From an uncultured Chroococcidiopsis sp. (GTDB lineage Bacteria > Cyanobacteriota > Cyanobacteriia > Cyanobacteriales > Chroococcidiopsidaceae): a stretch of 64,000 nt of DNA. Below, in pieces: positions 41,409 to 53,176 of this stretch (positions are counted from its first letter, which is position 1; every line of letters starts with the position of its first letter). The stretch spans positions 60,235 to 124,234 of the forward strand of contig CAXTYC010000013.1 in NCBI GenBank assembly GCA_964248365.1, written 5' to 3'. The translations under genes and the position numbers were made by a program. Below the pieces are notes generated by a model, which made no database searches, was not told the origin of the DNA, and saw only the letters and a program-made list of their open reading frames with translations.

Positions 41409-41993
41409 TTAATCTCCAAAAGCACAGGGCGATCGCCACATCTTCCAATCAGTGGCAGCCAGTCGATAGAGGACGTGAGGGAGGTTAGCATGGATAATGT
41501 CGCGTTTATATTGAAATCCCACCTTTTCCATGACTCGCTGCGATGCTCTGTTGGTTGTCAGGGTAAAGCAAACTACGTTCTCTATATTTAGAAAGTCGAA
41601 GCCTACTGTCAAAATCGCCTCTGCCATTTCTGTTGCTATGCCCAAGCCCCAGTATTTAGCCATTAGCGCATAAGCCAATTCTATCTCGTCGTTGCCATCT
41701 ACACAGACATTACGTAAGCCGCCACGACCGACAAATCGACCGTTTCCTTTGTCTCGAAATATCCAAAGTCCGTAACCGTGATGCTGCCAATGATTTAGAT
41801 TGTTGTGGAGAAACTGCTGTGTCTCTTCCTCAGAGCGGATGCCATTAAGAGTTATCATAACTATGGGGTCTTGATGCATACGGCAAAGTTCGCCCAAATC
41901 CTCCCACCGCAGGCGATCGGCAATCAGGCGCTCAGTGCTAAATTTCTCTATTGATTTTTCTATTTGTAGCGCTTTCATATCTATTCCCTTCAC
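41409..41993 (-). CDS. GNAT N-acetyltransferase (RimJ/RimL type)
   Basis: TERL, YWGLGIATE and N.ASQRVMEKVGF motifs. Confidence 0.9.
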   Translation of the reverse strand: MKGIDMKALQIEKSIEKFSTERLIADRLRWEDLGELCRMHQDPIVMITLNGIRSEEETQQFLHNNLNHWQHHGYGLWIFRDKGNGRFVGRGGLRNVCVDGNDEIELAYALMAKYWGLGIATEMAEAILTVGFDFLNIENVVCFTLTTNRASQRVMEKVGFQYKRDIIHANLPHVLYRLAATDWKMWRSPCAFGD

Positions 41994-42114
41994 GACATTA
42001 ATCAGGCATTATCGTTAAAGTGAACGAGGGCGATCGCTTGCTAATTTCCTCTTTTAGCTTCTATGGTTTCTCTTTGTTCCTAAAGTGCTTTATTACCTAC
42101 TGCATAATTAATTG

Positions 42115-42459
42115 TCAGAGGTATAAAACTGTCCGTAACCCTTCATCCACTTCTTCTTGTAGGCTGACTGGTAGTGAACCAATACGCTCAGTCAAAAATG
42201 TTTTGTCTAGGGTAAATATTTGGGAGACATTTGCAACTGAATCTCTAGCTAAACCCGTTACGTCACGCGGTAACAATACATTCCCTGGTGCGTTTGCAAG
42301 TTCGATATTGGAAGTGATGGTCGCAACAATCACAGTTCTAAGACGACTTTGCGTGAACGTATCATCTTGAATAATCACGACAGGTCTACGATAACCAGGC
42401 TCCGAACCTAGTGGGTTAGGTAGATCTGCCCACCAAATTTCACCACGATACACTACCAA
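42115..42459 (-). CDS. mazF: PemK/MazF family toxin (mRNA interferase)
   Basis: RGEIWWADL...GSEPGYRRPVVIIQ and ITSN motifs. Confidence 0.92.
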   Translation of the reverse strand: MVVYRGEIWWADLPNPLGSEPGYRRPVVIIQDDTFTQSRLRTVIVATITSNIELANAPGNVLLPRDVTGLARDSVANVSQIFTLDKTFLTERIGSLPVSLQEEVDEGLRTVLYL

Positions 42460-42689
42460 TCCTCATGTGGTAGAGACATAAACTGCATTTTTGCCATAAC
42501 TGGATCTAATTCTGAAGACTCCTGAGAGTACACTTCGTTCAGTTTCGATAAAATCTGCTCTCGGTTATATCGCCGCAAATATGCCTTCAATGCTTCGGTG
42601 TATAGTTCGCTTCGAGACATCCCCAATTTTTGAGCAAGTGCTTCAGCTTCCTCAAAAATTGGGTCTGGAAGAGAAATAGCAGTTTTCAA
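42453..42689 (-). CDS. RHH antitoxin (ChpI/MazE-like)
   Basis: KTAISLPD.IF...A..LGMSRSELY..AL; TTG start after a GAGGAG RBS; overlaps the toxin start. Confidence 0.88.
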   Translation of the reverse strand: MKTAISLPDPIFEEAEALAQKLGMSRSELYTEALKAYLRRYNREQILSKLNEVYSQESSELDPVMAKMQFMSLPHEDW

Positions 42690-42720
42690 GGGCTGACTCC
42701 TCAAGTAGTTGACCTACCTA

Positions 42721-42740
42721 AGTTATACCCTAGTTATACC
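42721..42740 (-). promoter_or_regulatory. candidate autoregulatory operator of the TA operon
   Basis: Direct repeat GGTATAACT x2 with 11-bp period, about 30 nt upstream of the antitoxin start. Confidence 0.55.
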
Positions 42741-42941
42741 AATTTGTGTTAGATTTAATTGCGATCGCTCGTGCTACTAGGTTTTCAAGCGCCGACAGAC
42801 AAGCTTCAAGTACCGCCCAATTAGCTAATCGATCTCCTTTGTGAAGTATGCGATTACATACTTGGGGCAGGTACTAGCATCTTTATAAGCATTATCGTTA
42901 TAATAACAAGTTTGAGCGCTTGCTAATTTTTCCTAGTTCGT

Positions 42942-44000
42942 ATGATTTCTCTATCTCCTAGTTTGCAAGCAAGACTTGCATCACCTTTAAAAATTGGCTC
43001 TTTTGAAGTTAAAAGTCGAGTATTACAGTCGCCTTTATCTGGTGTTACCGACCTAGTGTTTCGCCGTTTAGTGCGGCGCTACGCCCCAGATTCAATGATG
43101 TACACCGAGATGGTAAATGCCACTGGGTTGCATTATGTTAAAGAATTGCCCAAAATTATGGAGGTAGACCCGAACGAAAGACCGATTAGTATTCAATTAT
43201 TTGACTGTCGCCCTGATTTTTTGGCAGAAGCAGCTGTAATGGCTGTACAGGAAGGAGCTGATACAGTTGATATTAATATGGGTTGTCCAGTAAATAAAAT
43301 CACTAAAAATGGTGGTGGTTCTTCATTGCTGCGTCAACCAGAAACAGCCCAGGCGATCGTGCGAGAGGTAGTCAAAGCCGTAGATGTTCCAGTCACAGTT
43401 AAAACTCGCATCGGCTGGACTGATAAAGAAATCACGATTTTGGACTTTGCTAAGCGAATGGAAGATGCGGGGGCGCAGATGATAACGGTACATGGTCGTA
43501 CCCGCGCTCAAGGTTATAATGGGGCGGCTAAGTGGGAATGGATTGCTAAGGTAAAGGAAATACTTTCGATTCCTGTAATTGCCAACGGTGATATTTTTTC
43601 AGTAGAAGCAGCCGTAAAGTGCCTGGAGCAAACTGGTGCTGATGGGGTAATGTGTTCGCGGGGAACTTTAGGTTATCCGTTTTTGGTAGGAGAGATTGAC
43701 TATTTTCTCAAGACTGGGCAAGAGTTACCACCCCCTACACCAGTCCAACTGCTCAAATGCGCTAGAGAACATCTACAGGCGTTGTGGGAATATAAAGGCG
43801 ATCGCGGTGTGCGTCAAGCCCGTAAACACATGACTTGGTATGCCAAGGGCTTTGCAGGGGCAGCTGAATTACGCGGTCAACTGAGTGTAATCGAAACAGT
43901 AGAGCAGGGATTAGAAATCATTGACAGAGCAATAGAAGATTTAGAACCCGCCATTATGAATTTTTCTTTTGCTCCCCCAGCTACCCCTGCTCTCTTCTAG
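42942..44000 (+). CDS. dusB: tRNA dihydrouridine synthase
   Basis: [20 protein letters not shown] and ANGDI motifs. Confidence 0.92.
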   Translation: MISLSPSLQARLASPLKIGSFEVKSRVLQSPLSGVTDLVFRRLVRRYAPDSMMYTEMVNATGLHYVKELPKIMEVDPNERPISIQLFDCRPDFLAEAAVMAVQEGADTVDINMGCPVNKITKNGGGSSLLRQPETAQAIVREVVKAVDVPVTVKTRIGWTDKEITILDFAKRMEDAGAQMITVHGRTRAQGYNGAAKWEWIAKVKEILSIPVIANGDIFSVEAAVKCLEQTGADGVMCSRGTLGYPFLVGEIDYFLKTGQELPPPTPVQLLKCAREHLQALWEYKGDRGVRQARKHMTWYAKGFAGAAELRGQLSVIETVEQGLEIIDRAIEDLEPAIMNFSFAPPATPALF

Positions 44001-47000
44001 CCCCTAGATCTAGTTCGACTTGCAAAGCCGCTTTAACTGTTTCATATTCAGCCTCAATTTGCGATTTTTTCGTTTCTCCATCTTCAATCGTGACCGCTCG
44101 ACCCATTACTTCGAGTTCTTTACATAAATTGCTTAAGCGGGTAGCGCCAAATATAGCACTGCTTGACTTAAGAGTATGAGCTGCTCGATTCAATTGGTGT
44201 GCATTTTTTTGGGCGATCGCATTTCCAATTACTTGCACTAGTTTAGGTGCTTCTTCAAGGTAGGCTTCAATCACTTCCTTGAAAACAGCCTCACCATTCT
44301 TACCTACCATATCCCTGATTGCTTGCAGTGCCTTTGCATCAAGAGGGGCTGGAGGCTGGGGGCTAGAGGCTAGAAGAGAGCTGGGGGATCTGGGGGGGAA
44401 ATTACCCTCGTCCCTTTTCCCTTTCCCCTTTTCCCTTTCCCCCTCTTCTGATTCCCCTAGCCTCCAGTCCCTAGCCCCTAGCCCCTGACATTTACCCAGT
44501 ACTTTTACCAATTCTTCTACCTGAATGGGTTTAGTCAGATAGTCGTCCATACCGGAAGCGATGCACATCTGGCGATCGCCTTGCATAGCATTGGCTGTCA
44601 TAGCAATTATTCGAGGGCGCAAGGGATAATCCCATCTTAGGCAAATGTGACGAGCGGCTTCTAATCCATCCATTTCTGGCATTTGCACATCCATCAACAC
44701 GACATCATAGGGTTGCTTTTCCAAGGCTGCTAAAACTTCCAGTCCATTGCCAACCACATCTGCCTGATAACCTATACGCTGCAACGTGAGTATCGCTACT
44801 TTCTGATTCACCAGATTGTCCTCAGCAAGCAAAATCCGCAACGAACGATCTGAGGAATTCGCAATTCGAAATTCGAAATTCGGAATTGTTCTTACCTCCC
44901 CCAGATCCCCCTGCTCCAGTTTAAGGGGCTGTTTATTCAAGCTCCAAAGCAATACCTTCTGAAGTTGGGATTGTTTAACTGGCTTAGTCAAGTGGGCAGC
45001 AAAATTAACATCAACACTCTGAGCATCTGGTTTATGCTTACCGATGGAAGTTAACATCACTAGAGGTAGTTTCTGGCGTTCAGGTTGCTTGCGAATTTCT
45101 AAGGCTAGGGTTAAACCATCCATTTGTGGCATCTGCATATCTAAAACTGCAATGTCAAATGGATCTCCCTGACTAAGCCATGCTAATGCTTCCGCACCTG
45201 TTGCCGCTGCACGAGGAAGCATCCCCCAAGACTGGGTTTGCAACGTCAAGATTTTACGGTTGGTAGCGTTGTCATCTACTATTAGTACCCGCTTACCACT
45301 TAACGGTAAATCGATACTGTCTTGAGCAAACGCTAGTGGTGGGGACACAGATTGGGCGATTAGGGTGAAATAAAATGTAGAACCTTTACCCTCTTGACTT
45401 TCAGCCCACATTGCGCCTCCCATCATTTCGCTCAATCTTTTACTAATGGCTAAGCCCAATCCTGTGCCACCGTAGCGACGAGTGGTAGAGGAATCAACTT
45501 GGCTAAAGGACTTGAACAGGCGATCCATCCGTTCTGCTGGAATACCAATACCTGTATCTTTGATTGCAAATTGAATCTCATAGGAGGGGCTAGAAGAGGG
45601 CAGGGGAGGCAGGGGAGGCAGGGGAGGAAAAAGCTTAAGTGTGCCTCCCTGGGCTTCCTCATCTTCCCTAGCCCCTAGCCCCCAGCCCCCAGCCCCTAGT
45701 TTTCGGGCTGTTACCGAAACTACTACTTCTCCAGCTGAGGTAAATTTGATTGCATTGCTCAGCAAGTTCAGCAAGATTTGACGCAACCGCGTAGCATCTC
45801 CAGTAATTCTGTGAGGCGTTTGCGCCTCAAATAGGTAAGTCAGCTCTATATTTTTTTCTTCTGCCTTGAGAGCCAGTAAGTCAAGTGTCTCCTCGATACA
45901 AGCTCGCAGATCAAACGGCTGTATTTCTAATTCCAGCTTATCTGATTCAATTTTGGAAAAGTCTAGGATGTCGTTAATAATTGTCATTAACGCTTCGGCA
46001 CTGCTATAGATTGTTTCCACGAAGTCCCGTTGTTGGGGTAACAGTTCGTTATCAAGTAGCAAACCTGTCATACCAATTACCCCATTCATGGGGGTACGGA
46101 TCTCGTGGCTCATGTTAGCTAGAAATAAGCTTTTTGCTTTATTTGCACTCTCAGCAGCCGCGCGGGCTTCGTCGGCTGCGTTTTGCAACATTTCTAGCCT
46201 TGTCTTCGATGCAAGTAGCTCGGTGTTAGCAGCTTCTGCTTGCTCAAGTGCTGTCTTTAAGTCGGCTGTTCTTTGTGCTACTTCTTGCTCTAATTGAGCA
46301 TTTTGATTTGCTAATTGTGCATTTGCTGTTGCGATCGCACTAGCCATTAAGTTAAATGAGCAAGCCAGAGAACCTAACTCATCTCGTCTGCTTGCATCCA
46401 GGTGAATATCTAAGTTTCCTTTAGCAATTTTTTCTGTTGCAAAGAGCAACTGCTGCAAGGGGATAGCTATCTGCTGGCGAAGAGTAAAAAATAGCACTAG
46501 TATCTCAACTAGCAGTGAAATAAATCCCAAAATCAACACGAATTCTGCGATCGCCATCGCCTGGTGTGACAAAATTGATTTTGGAAACACGACGACAAAA
46601 TACCAATCAGGACCAGGAATAGTTGTCACAGCCAGGTATTCATCATCCAAACTATTGTCAACTACAACTGATCCTGCCTGCCTATTTTTTATTAGTTGAA
46701 ATATATTTTGCAAATGGCGATCGCCCGACTTATGAATGTCAAATTTACCCTTACTGTCCTTAATTTTATTCATTAAATTTGGGTGAGCAATCAGGCGACC
46801 ATCTTTGCGGAAAATAATGTTATAGGTTCCTTTGAGCTGGTCATTAACCGTTCGTTTGATCAACTCATTGAGCAAAACATCATGCCCAACCGTTGCTATG
46901 TGCCTATCGCCTATATAAACAGGGGATACACAAGATACCATCCAAGCTTTGGGCAGTGGATCGTAGTAAACCCCAGTCCAAACAGTTTTTTGTTTTGGGT

Positions 47001-47601
47001 TGTGCTTCTTGTCAGTGATCCAAAAATACTCCTCGCCAGGTTCGTAAGTATCTGCATTCGCCCACTCTGAAACACTCAAGCTAGGCCAGTAGGCAACCGA
47101 GAAATTCTCCGGTGCTATAAAGTAAGTATCAGGAAAGCGGTTAAGCCAGGCTGGTCCGTATTTATTAGCTAGTTGATAGAATATCAGTACACGACGGCGA
47201 ACCTCCGCATCGATATTTACTTGATCATCGATAAATATGCTTGCTTGTCGAGTGGGATCAAAGCCTTCTAGACGATTGTGCGTGACACCATCCTTATACT
47301 TAACGAAGAGCTGATTGAATTCTTCACGGGGATCTTGGTTTTCACGTTCTTTGAGTTGCCGCAGTAACTCCTGTTTCAAGACAGCCAGATTATCTTCGGC
47401 TAAAGCAAATAGGCTGCTCTCTTTTTGACCACGTTCAATTACATATTTTTCTAGCTGTTCTCGTGTCTGAGACTCCAACATCGAATAGATATGAAAATAG
47501 CTAACTGCACTAGACGCGACAATCACAACAGCAACCCTCACCGCCATTTTGAGCAATGTTTGCCGTGCTAGCGCGTGGGTTGCCATTCTCTTAAAAGACA
47601 T
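43981..47601 (-). CDS. hybrid sensor histidine kinase (Cache-HAMP-HisKA-HATPase-REC-REC-HPt)
   Basis: [22 protein letters not shown], two receivers (DMQMP, DVQMP) and AHTLKSSS HPt; three low-complexity in-frame inserts. Confidence 0.93.
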   Translation of the reverse strand: MSFKRMATHALARQTLLKMAVRVAVVIVASSAVSYFHIYSMLESQTREQLEKYVIERGQKESSLFALAEDNLAVLKQELLRQLKERENQDPREEFNQLFVKYKDGVTHNRLEGFDPTRQASIFIDDQVNIDAEVRRRVLIFYQLANKYGPAWLNRFPDTYFIAPENFSVAYWPSLSVSEWANADTYEPGEEYFWITDKKHNPKQKTVWTGVYYDPLPKAWMVSCVSPVYIGDRHIATVGHDVLLNELIKRTVNDQLKGTYNIIFRKDGRLIAHPNLMNKIKDSKGKFDIHKSGDRHLQNIFQLIKNRQAGSVVVDNSLDDEYLAVTTIPGPDWYFVVVFPKSILSHQAMAIAEFVLILGFISLLVEILVLFFTLRQQIAIPLQQLLFATEKIAKGNLDIHLDASRRDELGSLACSFNLMASAIATANAQLANQNAQLEQEVAQRTADLKTALEQAEAANTELLASKTRLEMLQNAADEARAAAESANKAKSLFLANMSHEIRTPMNGVIGMTGLLLDNELLPQQRDFVETIYSSAEALMTIINDILDFSKIESDKLELEIQPFDLRACIEETLDLLALKAEEKNIELTYLFEAQTPHRITGDATRLRQILLNLLSNAIKFTSAGEVVVSVTARKLGAGGWGLGAREDEEAQGGTLKLFPPLPPLPPLPSSSPSYEIQFAIKDTGIGIPAERMDRLFKSFSQVDSSTTRRYGGTGLGLAISKRLSEMMGGAMWAESQEGKGSTFYFTLIAQSVSPPLAFAQDSIDLPLSGKRVLIVDDNATNRKILTLQTQSWGMLPRAAATGAEALAWLSQGDPFDIAVLDMQMPQMDGLTLALEIRKQPERQKLPLVMLTSIGKHKPDAQSVDVNFAAHLTKPVKQSQLQKVLLWSLNKQPLKLEQGDLGEVRTIPNFEFRIANSSDRSLRILLAEDNLVNQKVAILTLQRIGYQADVVGNGLEVLAALEKQPYDVVLMDVQMPEMDGLEAARHICLRWDYPLRPRIIAMTANAMQGDRQMCIASGMDDYLTKPIQVEELVKVLGKCQGLGARDWRLGESEEGEREKGKGKRDEGNFPPRSPSSLLASSPQPPAPLDAKALQAIRDMVGKNGEAVFKEVIEAYLEEAPKLVQVIGNAIAQKNAHQLNRAAHTLKSSSAIFGATRLSNLCKELEVMGRAVTIEDGETKKSQIEAEYETVKAALQVELDLGARREQG

Positions 47602-48231
47602 AGTTACAATTTCATTTGCTGTAAATGGCTCAACAACAGTTACCAGTTGTCAGTTATCAGTTACCAGTTAGTATTCCCAGAGGCAGTACCAAAAATTACG
47701 CCTTTTAATAAAAATTTTTAGCGATTAGCGTAGAGACGCGATCAGGCGCGCGTCTCTACTAGCTCAAAACAAGCCACCTCTTGTGGGCGATCTTATTTAC
47801 CTCAAGAAAGAATTTTTTCACATAGAAGAGCCTCGTCTGTCTCCCTTGCTTATAGCTAACAGCTATTAGCCTTGTCACAAAGGGTACTATTCTTCTGTAG
47901 CTGCTGACAGAACTTATTAAGTTAAATGCCGAGCTTCATCAAAACTTCACAAATTATTAGTAAAAATGCGTAATTTACTGGATGCTACAAACAAAAACGA
48001 TAGCTCATAGTTAGAATACGGACTTTAGCTGAATTTTCAAAATGGTTGAATAGGAGACAAATTCTGTCAATTTAACAAAAAAAGGGCTGGTTAAATGGAT
48101 TTTTGTTTGTATTTAATCAAAAAATCGGCATCTATGTATGCAATGCTCTTGATTTGTCCCTGCATACATTTACATACTTCTGCTAATAATTTGTAAACTA
48201 TTCCTGTTTGAAAACGGTATCTACCGACACT

Positions 48232-50583
48232 ATGAAAACTACCTCCGTTTGTGGCGCACCCTTAATTCTTGTAGCAGACGACGACAAAACTATGCGGATT
48301 CTGCTACGTCGAGCAATGGAAACAGAGGGCTATCGAGTAGTAGAAGCAACAGACGGAGAGCAAGCGTTGGCAATTTACACTCAATTACATCCAGATATTG
48401 TTTTATTAGATGCTTTAATGCCACAAATTGATGGCTTTACTTGCTGCAAGCAAATGCAATCACTTTTTGGGGATTGCACACCAGTGTTAATGATTACTGC
48501 ACTTGAAGATGAACAGTCAGTCGATCGCGCCTTTAATGTAGGTGCGGTAGATTATATCACAAAACCGATTCATTGGGCAGTGCTACGTCAGCGTGTGCGG
48601 CGACTTTTGCACCAAATCCAGCTTCACAAGCAGTTAGAGCAATCAAACCAAGAATTACAGACTAGAATCAGTGAACTCAATCAGGCACAACAGGCACTCT
48701 TAGAGAGCCAAGAGCGCTATGCCTTGGTTGCCCAAAGCGCTCATGATGGGCTTTGGGATTGGAACCTCAAAACCAATGAAATTTATTTTTCTCCCCGCTG
48801 GAAAGCTATGCTGGGCTACAGCGATCATGAAATTGGCAACAGCTTAGCAGAATGGTTTAACCGAGTGCATTCGGAAGATATGGAACAGTTCAAGGGGGAA
48901 CTGAGCGCTCATCTTGCCGGACTTACCACCCATTTTGAAAATGAACATCGCCTATTGCATCGGGATGGAGAATATCGCTGGATGCTCTGCCAAGGACTAG
49001 CCGGACGCGATGCAGATGGGAACCCATTACGGCTAGCAGGCTCCCAAACTGACATCACTGTGAACAAGGCGAACGAGGCGAAATTGATCCATCAAGCGTT
49101 TCACGATGCCTTAACAGGGCTGCCAAATCGAATATGGTTTATGGAGCAGGTAGAAAATGCCCTCCAACGTTCCAAAAAGTATCAAAATTTTGTATTTGCC
49201 TTATTATTTCTAGATCTAGACCGTTTCAAAGTAGTCAATGATAGCCTAGGTCACACCCTTGGAGATCAGCTACTGATAGCGATCGCCTCTAGACTTAAGG
49301 CTTGTTTGAGTCCCCTCGATACGCTTGCCCGACTGGGCGGCGATGAGTTTACAATCCTGCTTGAAGATATCAAAGACACTAGTAGCGCTACAAAAATAGC
49401 TGACCAAATTTATCAAGCTCTGTCATTGCCATTCAACCTCAATGGACACGAGGTTTTTATCACTGTTAGCATTGGCATTGCCATCAGTACACTCAGTTAC
49501 GACCGACCAGAAGACTTGCTGCGGGATGCTGATATGACCATGTATCGCGCCAAAGCACTAGGCAAGGCACGGTTAGAGGTATTTGACCCCACCTTGCATA
49601 ATCAAGCTATGGCAAGATTGCAGCTAGAAATTGACCTCAGACGGGCGCTGGAAAATAAAGAATTGCAAGTGTACTACCAGCCAATTGTATCGCTCAACAA
49701 CGGTAGAATTGCTGGCTATGAGGCTCTAATGCGTTGGAAGCATCCCCAAAGGGGCTTTGTGCCACCCGCAGAGTTTATTCCCTTAGCAGAAGAAACCGGA
49801 CTGATTATTCCGCTTGGCTTGTGGGTGTTGCGACAAGCCTGCTATCAGCTACGCATCTGGCAGCAGCAAACCCCCGTTAATCCGCCTTTAACCATTAGTG
49901 TGAATATCTCTGGAAAACAGTTTGCACAATCTAATTTAATTGGCAGCATTAAACAAACTCTTGAGGAAAGCCGATTAGATGCAAGCAGTTTGAAATTAGA
50001 AATTACCGAAAGCGTACTAGTAGACAATCCTGCCGCTGCTGTTGCCATTCTTAAACAACTCAAGGCTTTGGGGATAAAATTGTCGATTGATGATTTTGGT
50101 ACAGGCTATTCCTCCCTCAGCTATCTACATCAGATGCCAATTGATACATTAAAAATTGATCGCTCCTTTGTTAATAATGTGGACTGCGATCCAGAAAAAA
50201 TCGAGATGATTCGCACTATTGTCTCCTTAGCATGGAATTTAGGGATGAATGTCGTGGCTGAAGGAGTGGAGACAAAGAAACAAATGTATCAACTACAAGC
50301 ACTCAGATGCGATTATGCACAGGGTTATTATTTTTCTCGACCTTTAGATGCTGATGCAGCTAAAACGCTAAAACAATTTGATCTAAACGAAGTAGAAACA
50401 CCTCCAGTTCAGCTACAACATCCGATGCCAAGCCAGCACGTTCAGTTTCTTGATAGCAATTGCCAAGAAGCAACACAAGCATTTCTCTTATCCAATTTAT
50501 TAGATTTGAACGGGAATAACTCACCCCATAGAGAAGAAGATGAAAGCTCCTCCCATTTCAAATCTCCTTTGCAACGGCAGTAG
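48232..50583 (+). CDS. REC-PAS-GGDEF-EAL c-di-GMP signalling protein
   Basis: Receiver (DALMP), PAS (DGLWDW), GGDEF, EAL and DDFGTGYSS motifs; ATG 48232 preferred. Confidence 0.93.
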   Translation: MKTTSVCGAPLILVADDDKTMRILLRRAMETEGYRVVEATDGEQALAIYTQLHPDIVLLDALMPQIDGFTCCKQMQSLFGDCTPVLMITALEDEQSVDRAFNVGAVDYITKPIHWAVLRQRVRRLLHQIQLHKQLEQSNQELQTRISELNQAQQALLESQERYALVAQSAHDGLWDWNLKTNEIYFSPRWKAMLGYSDHEIGNSLAEWFNRVHSEDMEQFKGELSAHLAGLTTHFENEHRLLHRDGEYRWMLCQGLAGRDADGNPLRLAGSQTDITVNKANEAKLIHQAFHDALTGLPNRIWFMEQVENALQRSKKYQNFVFALLFLDLDRFKVVNDSLGHTLGDQLLIAIASRLKACLSPLDTLARLGGDEFTILLEDIKDTSSATKIADQIYQALSLPFNLNGHEVFITVSIGIAISTLSYDRPEDLLRDADMTMYRAKALGKARLEVFDPTLHNQAMARLQLEIDLRRALENKELQVYYQPIVSLNNGRIAGYEALMRWKHPQRGFVPPAEFIPLAEETGLIIPLGLWVLRQACYQLRIWQQQTPVNPPLTISVNISGKQFAQSNLIGSIKQTLEESRLDASSLKLEITESVLVDNPAAAVAILKQLKALGIKLSIDDFGTGYSSLSYLHQMPIDTLKIDRSFVNNVDCDPEKIEMIRTIVSLAWNLGMNVVAEGVETKKQMYQLQALRCDYAQGYYFSRPLDADAAKTLKQFDLNEVETPPVQLQHPMPSQHVQFLDSNCQEATQAFLLSNLLDLNGNNSPHREEDESSSHFKSPLQRQ

Positions 50584-50884
50584 TTATTATCAACAACATA
50601 TTTTTTTGTTTCACGCAAAGACGCTAAGCCGCAAAGAAGAACGCCAATAAAAAGACGAGTGGAAGAAGTCTAGTATTTTAAAGCAAGCTTTCGTGATAGG
50701 ATTTAAGATGATAAATTATATCTTTTGTATGAATCGTGTATCAATTTTGAGGTAGGGTCCGGTTATGCGAAAATATTTAATTTAAACAAATATCTTCGTC
50801 AAACCCGCCCCTATAAGAATATTCGTGCAAGAGTCCTATTCTATTGAAAAAATCTAAAATCCAAAATTTAAAATCTAAAATAGA

Positions 50885-51079
50885 ATGAGTCAATTAGCTA
50901 AATCTAAAATCACATTACGTATATTTGGCATTCTTCTTGGCAGCGCTATCTTAGTTTGGCTGCTGAGAGGATTTAGGATTTTGACATTTATACCAGGTGG
51001 TTTGATTTGGCTTTTGCTCTTGAGTGCGATCGCATCTGGAATTTTAAGCCTTTTGCTACGACGGTGGTATCGTTTCTAA
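50885..51079 (+). CDS. small two-TM hypothetical protein
   Basis: 64 aa; VWLLRG..ILTFIPGG motif between two hydrophobic helices. Confidence 0.6.
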   Translation: MSQLAKSKITLRIFGILLGSAILVWLLRGFRILTFIPGGLIWLLLLSAIASGILSLLLRRWYRF

Positions 51080-51177
51080 TCTCAACTGTTTCTATCTTAG
51101 GGGCGACGTACCCAGATTAGTGTGGTTGTTATTCTCCTAGTTGAATTAATGCCAAAAAAATGTTCAAGGAGAACTAA

Positions 51178-51972
51178 ATGACAGCTACAGGTACATCTAC
51201 CCCACAACCATCTGTTTCTGCTGCTGAGCGTACTGTTTCGGCTATTTTCAAGCAACGCGAACAAATCGATAACGTGATTCGCCGTCTGCTAGATCGGGGA
51301 ATTTCCCGCGACGACATCTCAGTAATTGGTAAAAACTTTCACTCCGAAACCAAAATAGCAGGCTTCATTACCAAAAAAGATGTGATTTTAGGTGGATTAA
51401 GACAAGGTGCGATCTTTGGTTCCTTGTTTGGTTCTGCTCTAGCTTTGCTGACTGGCGTGGGAGTTTTATTTGTTCCTTTTATCGGTACATTGGTAGCAGC
51501 AGGACCATTGGGAGCTGCTCTTTTGGGTGCGGCTAGTGGTGCGATCGCAGGTAGTGCTGGCGCTGGTTTAGTATCTGCATTTGTTGCTTTAGGAATGCCA
51601 GAAGATAAAGCCGCTGTTTACCAAACTAGAATTGAAGCTGGTGACTTTATGTTGGCTGTTGAAGTTCCAGCAGATAAATCTGGCGAAATTCAACTACTAT
51701 TAGAAAGTGCTGGTGGTGAAGAAATCCATACCAACGAGACTCCTACACCACGCTTAGGTTCTGGAGCAATTGAAGATCCTAGTAAGTTATCTCCAGAAAT
51801 TCGCTCTCATCTTTCAGAAGACGCGCAAAGGCTATTTATTGCTAATTACAACGAAGAACTTTCTAAATCTAACGATCCATCCAAGGCTGAACATCATGCT
51901 TGGGACGTGGTGTGTCAGCAATTTGAACAAGATGAAAATGGTAATTGGTCTAAGTCGAAAATGACGGTATAA
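51178..51972 (+). CDS. general-stress (YflT-like) glycine-zipper protein with C-terminal ChaB domain
   Basis: Gly-rich TM hairpin; C-terminal L.PEIR.HL...AQ..F...YN...AW..V. Confidence 0.8.
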   Translation: MTATGTSTPQPSVSAAERTVSAIFKQREQIDNVIRRLLDRGISRDDISVIGKNFHSETKIAGFITKKDVILGGLRQGAIFGSLFGSALALLTGVGVLFVPFIGTLVAAGPLGAALLGAASGAIAGSAGAGLVSAFVALGMPEDKAAVYQTRIEAGDFMLAVEVPADKSGEIQLLLESAGGEEIHTNETPTPRLGSGAIEDPSKLSPEIRSHLSEDAQRLFIANYNEELSKSNDPSKAEHHAWDVVCQQFEQDENGNWSKSKMTV

Positions 51973-52212
51973 TTGCCGCAATGCCACTTGAAAAAGGCTA
52001 AATAAGCCATTAATTATTGTAAAATGCCTCTAGAATTGTGCTTCTTAGAGGCATTTGCTATATGTAGCAGTCCTATTGCACAAGTGGAGATTATTTTTAT
52101 ACGAACCGCACTCGAACGCATTAGCCTGGGGTTTAAACCCCAGGGAAACGCAGAGGAAACAAAGAGATAGTTTTACGAATTCTAAACTTTGAATTGAGTT
52201 GGAGTTGGTCAA

Positions 52213-52371
52213 ATGCAGTATATATGTAGTGTTTGTGCTTATGTCTATGACCCAGAGGAAGGCGACCCAGATGGGGGAATAGAGCCTGGAACACAGTTTG
52301 AAGATATACCAGATGATTGGGTGTGTCCTGTATGTGGAGCAACAAAAGATATGTTTGAAGCACAAGCGTGA
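52213..52371 (+). CDS. rubredoxin
   Basis: Hand translation [52 protein letters not shown] with two CxxC; not in ORF track. Confidence 0.95.
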   Translation: MQYICSVCAYVYDPEEGDPDGGIEPGTQFEDIPDDWVCPVCGATKDMFEAQA

Positions 52372-53097
52372 ACAATGAAATTGAATTCTTTCTACAAAAA
52401 GCTATTGCTAATGATGGGTTTGTCCTAGTTGAACAGGTGCTGACTACCCAAACTATAGAGTCGTTAATTGAGGCGATCGCATCGGCACAGAACACAAAAC
52501 AGTAGTTTTGTCAAGTGTCGCGGTGATAGTATATATGCCATACGCAACTTACTTCAAGTTGTGCCAGAAGTTCAAGTGCTGGCATCCAAACCACCGATGA
52601 TAGATTTAGCCACGAGGGTTTTGGGGACAGATGCGCTTGCTGTGAAAGCAATCTTGTTTGATAAGACAGCAAAGGCAAATTGGAAGGTAGCTTGGCATCA
52701 AGACCTGACTATTGCAGTGAAAGAGAAAAAGGTTGTAAAGGGTTTTTATCCTTGGTCTGAAAAAGCTGGTATTCCTCATGTACAACTACCTGTAGAAATA
52801 TTGGAAAACTTATTAACGCTGCGAATTCACTTGGACGATTGTGACGCTGACAATGGCGCACTCAAGGTAATACCAACAAGCCATTTATACGGTAAGCTTG
52901 AGTGTGAGCAAATTAGTCACCTGGGGCAAACTAGCAAGGTGCATATTTGCACAGCTTCATCAGGGGATGTACTAGTGATGCGACCCTTGCTGCTGCACAG
53001 TTCCTCTGCATCAGTTCAGCCACGTCGTCGTAGAGTTTTGCATATTGAGTATGCGGCGCTCAAACTACCAGGTGGTTTGGAGTGGTTTAATAGTTAG
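52368..53097 (+). pseudogene. phytanoyl-CoA dioxygenase (PhyH) family gene with frameshift near 52495
   Basis: N-terminal 45 aa from GTG 52368 (DGFVLVEQVL) stops at 52505. The WHQD, RIHLDD, NGAL and LLHSS motifs lie in the +1 frame. Confidence 0.7.
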
Positions 53098-53176
53098 GAG
53101 AATGTGGTAGGAACCTGAGAAAAATAGTTAGCCTAGAATTGAATACTTTAAGCAAATTAGGAAATTTTAAGTAAGC

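Noticed and set aside
42720..42880. Protein-like minus-strand stretch YLPQVCNRILHKGDRLANWAVLEACLSALENL
   Set aside because: A stop lies immediately upstream, there is no convincing start, and I recognise no family.
42115..44000. dus-associated integrative island
   Set aside because: No integrase, att duplication or replaced 5' end is visible.
52045..52495. Minus-strand ORFs of 106 and 120 aa
   Set aside because: They are antisense shadows of the rubredoxin and the PhyH N-terminus.
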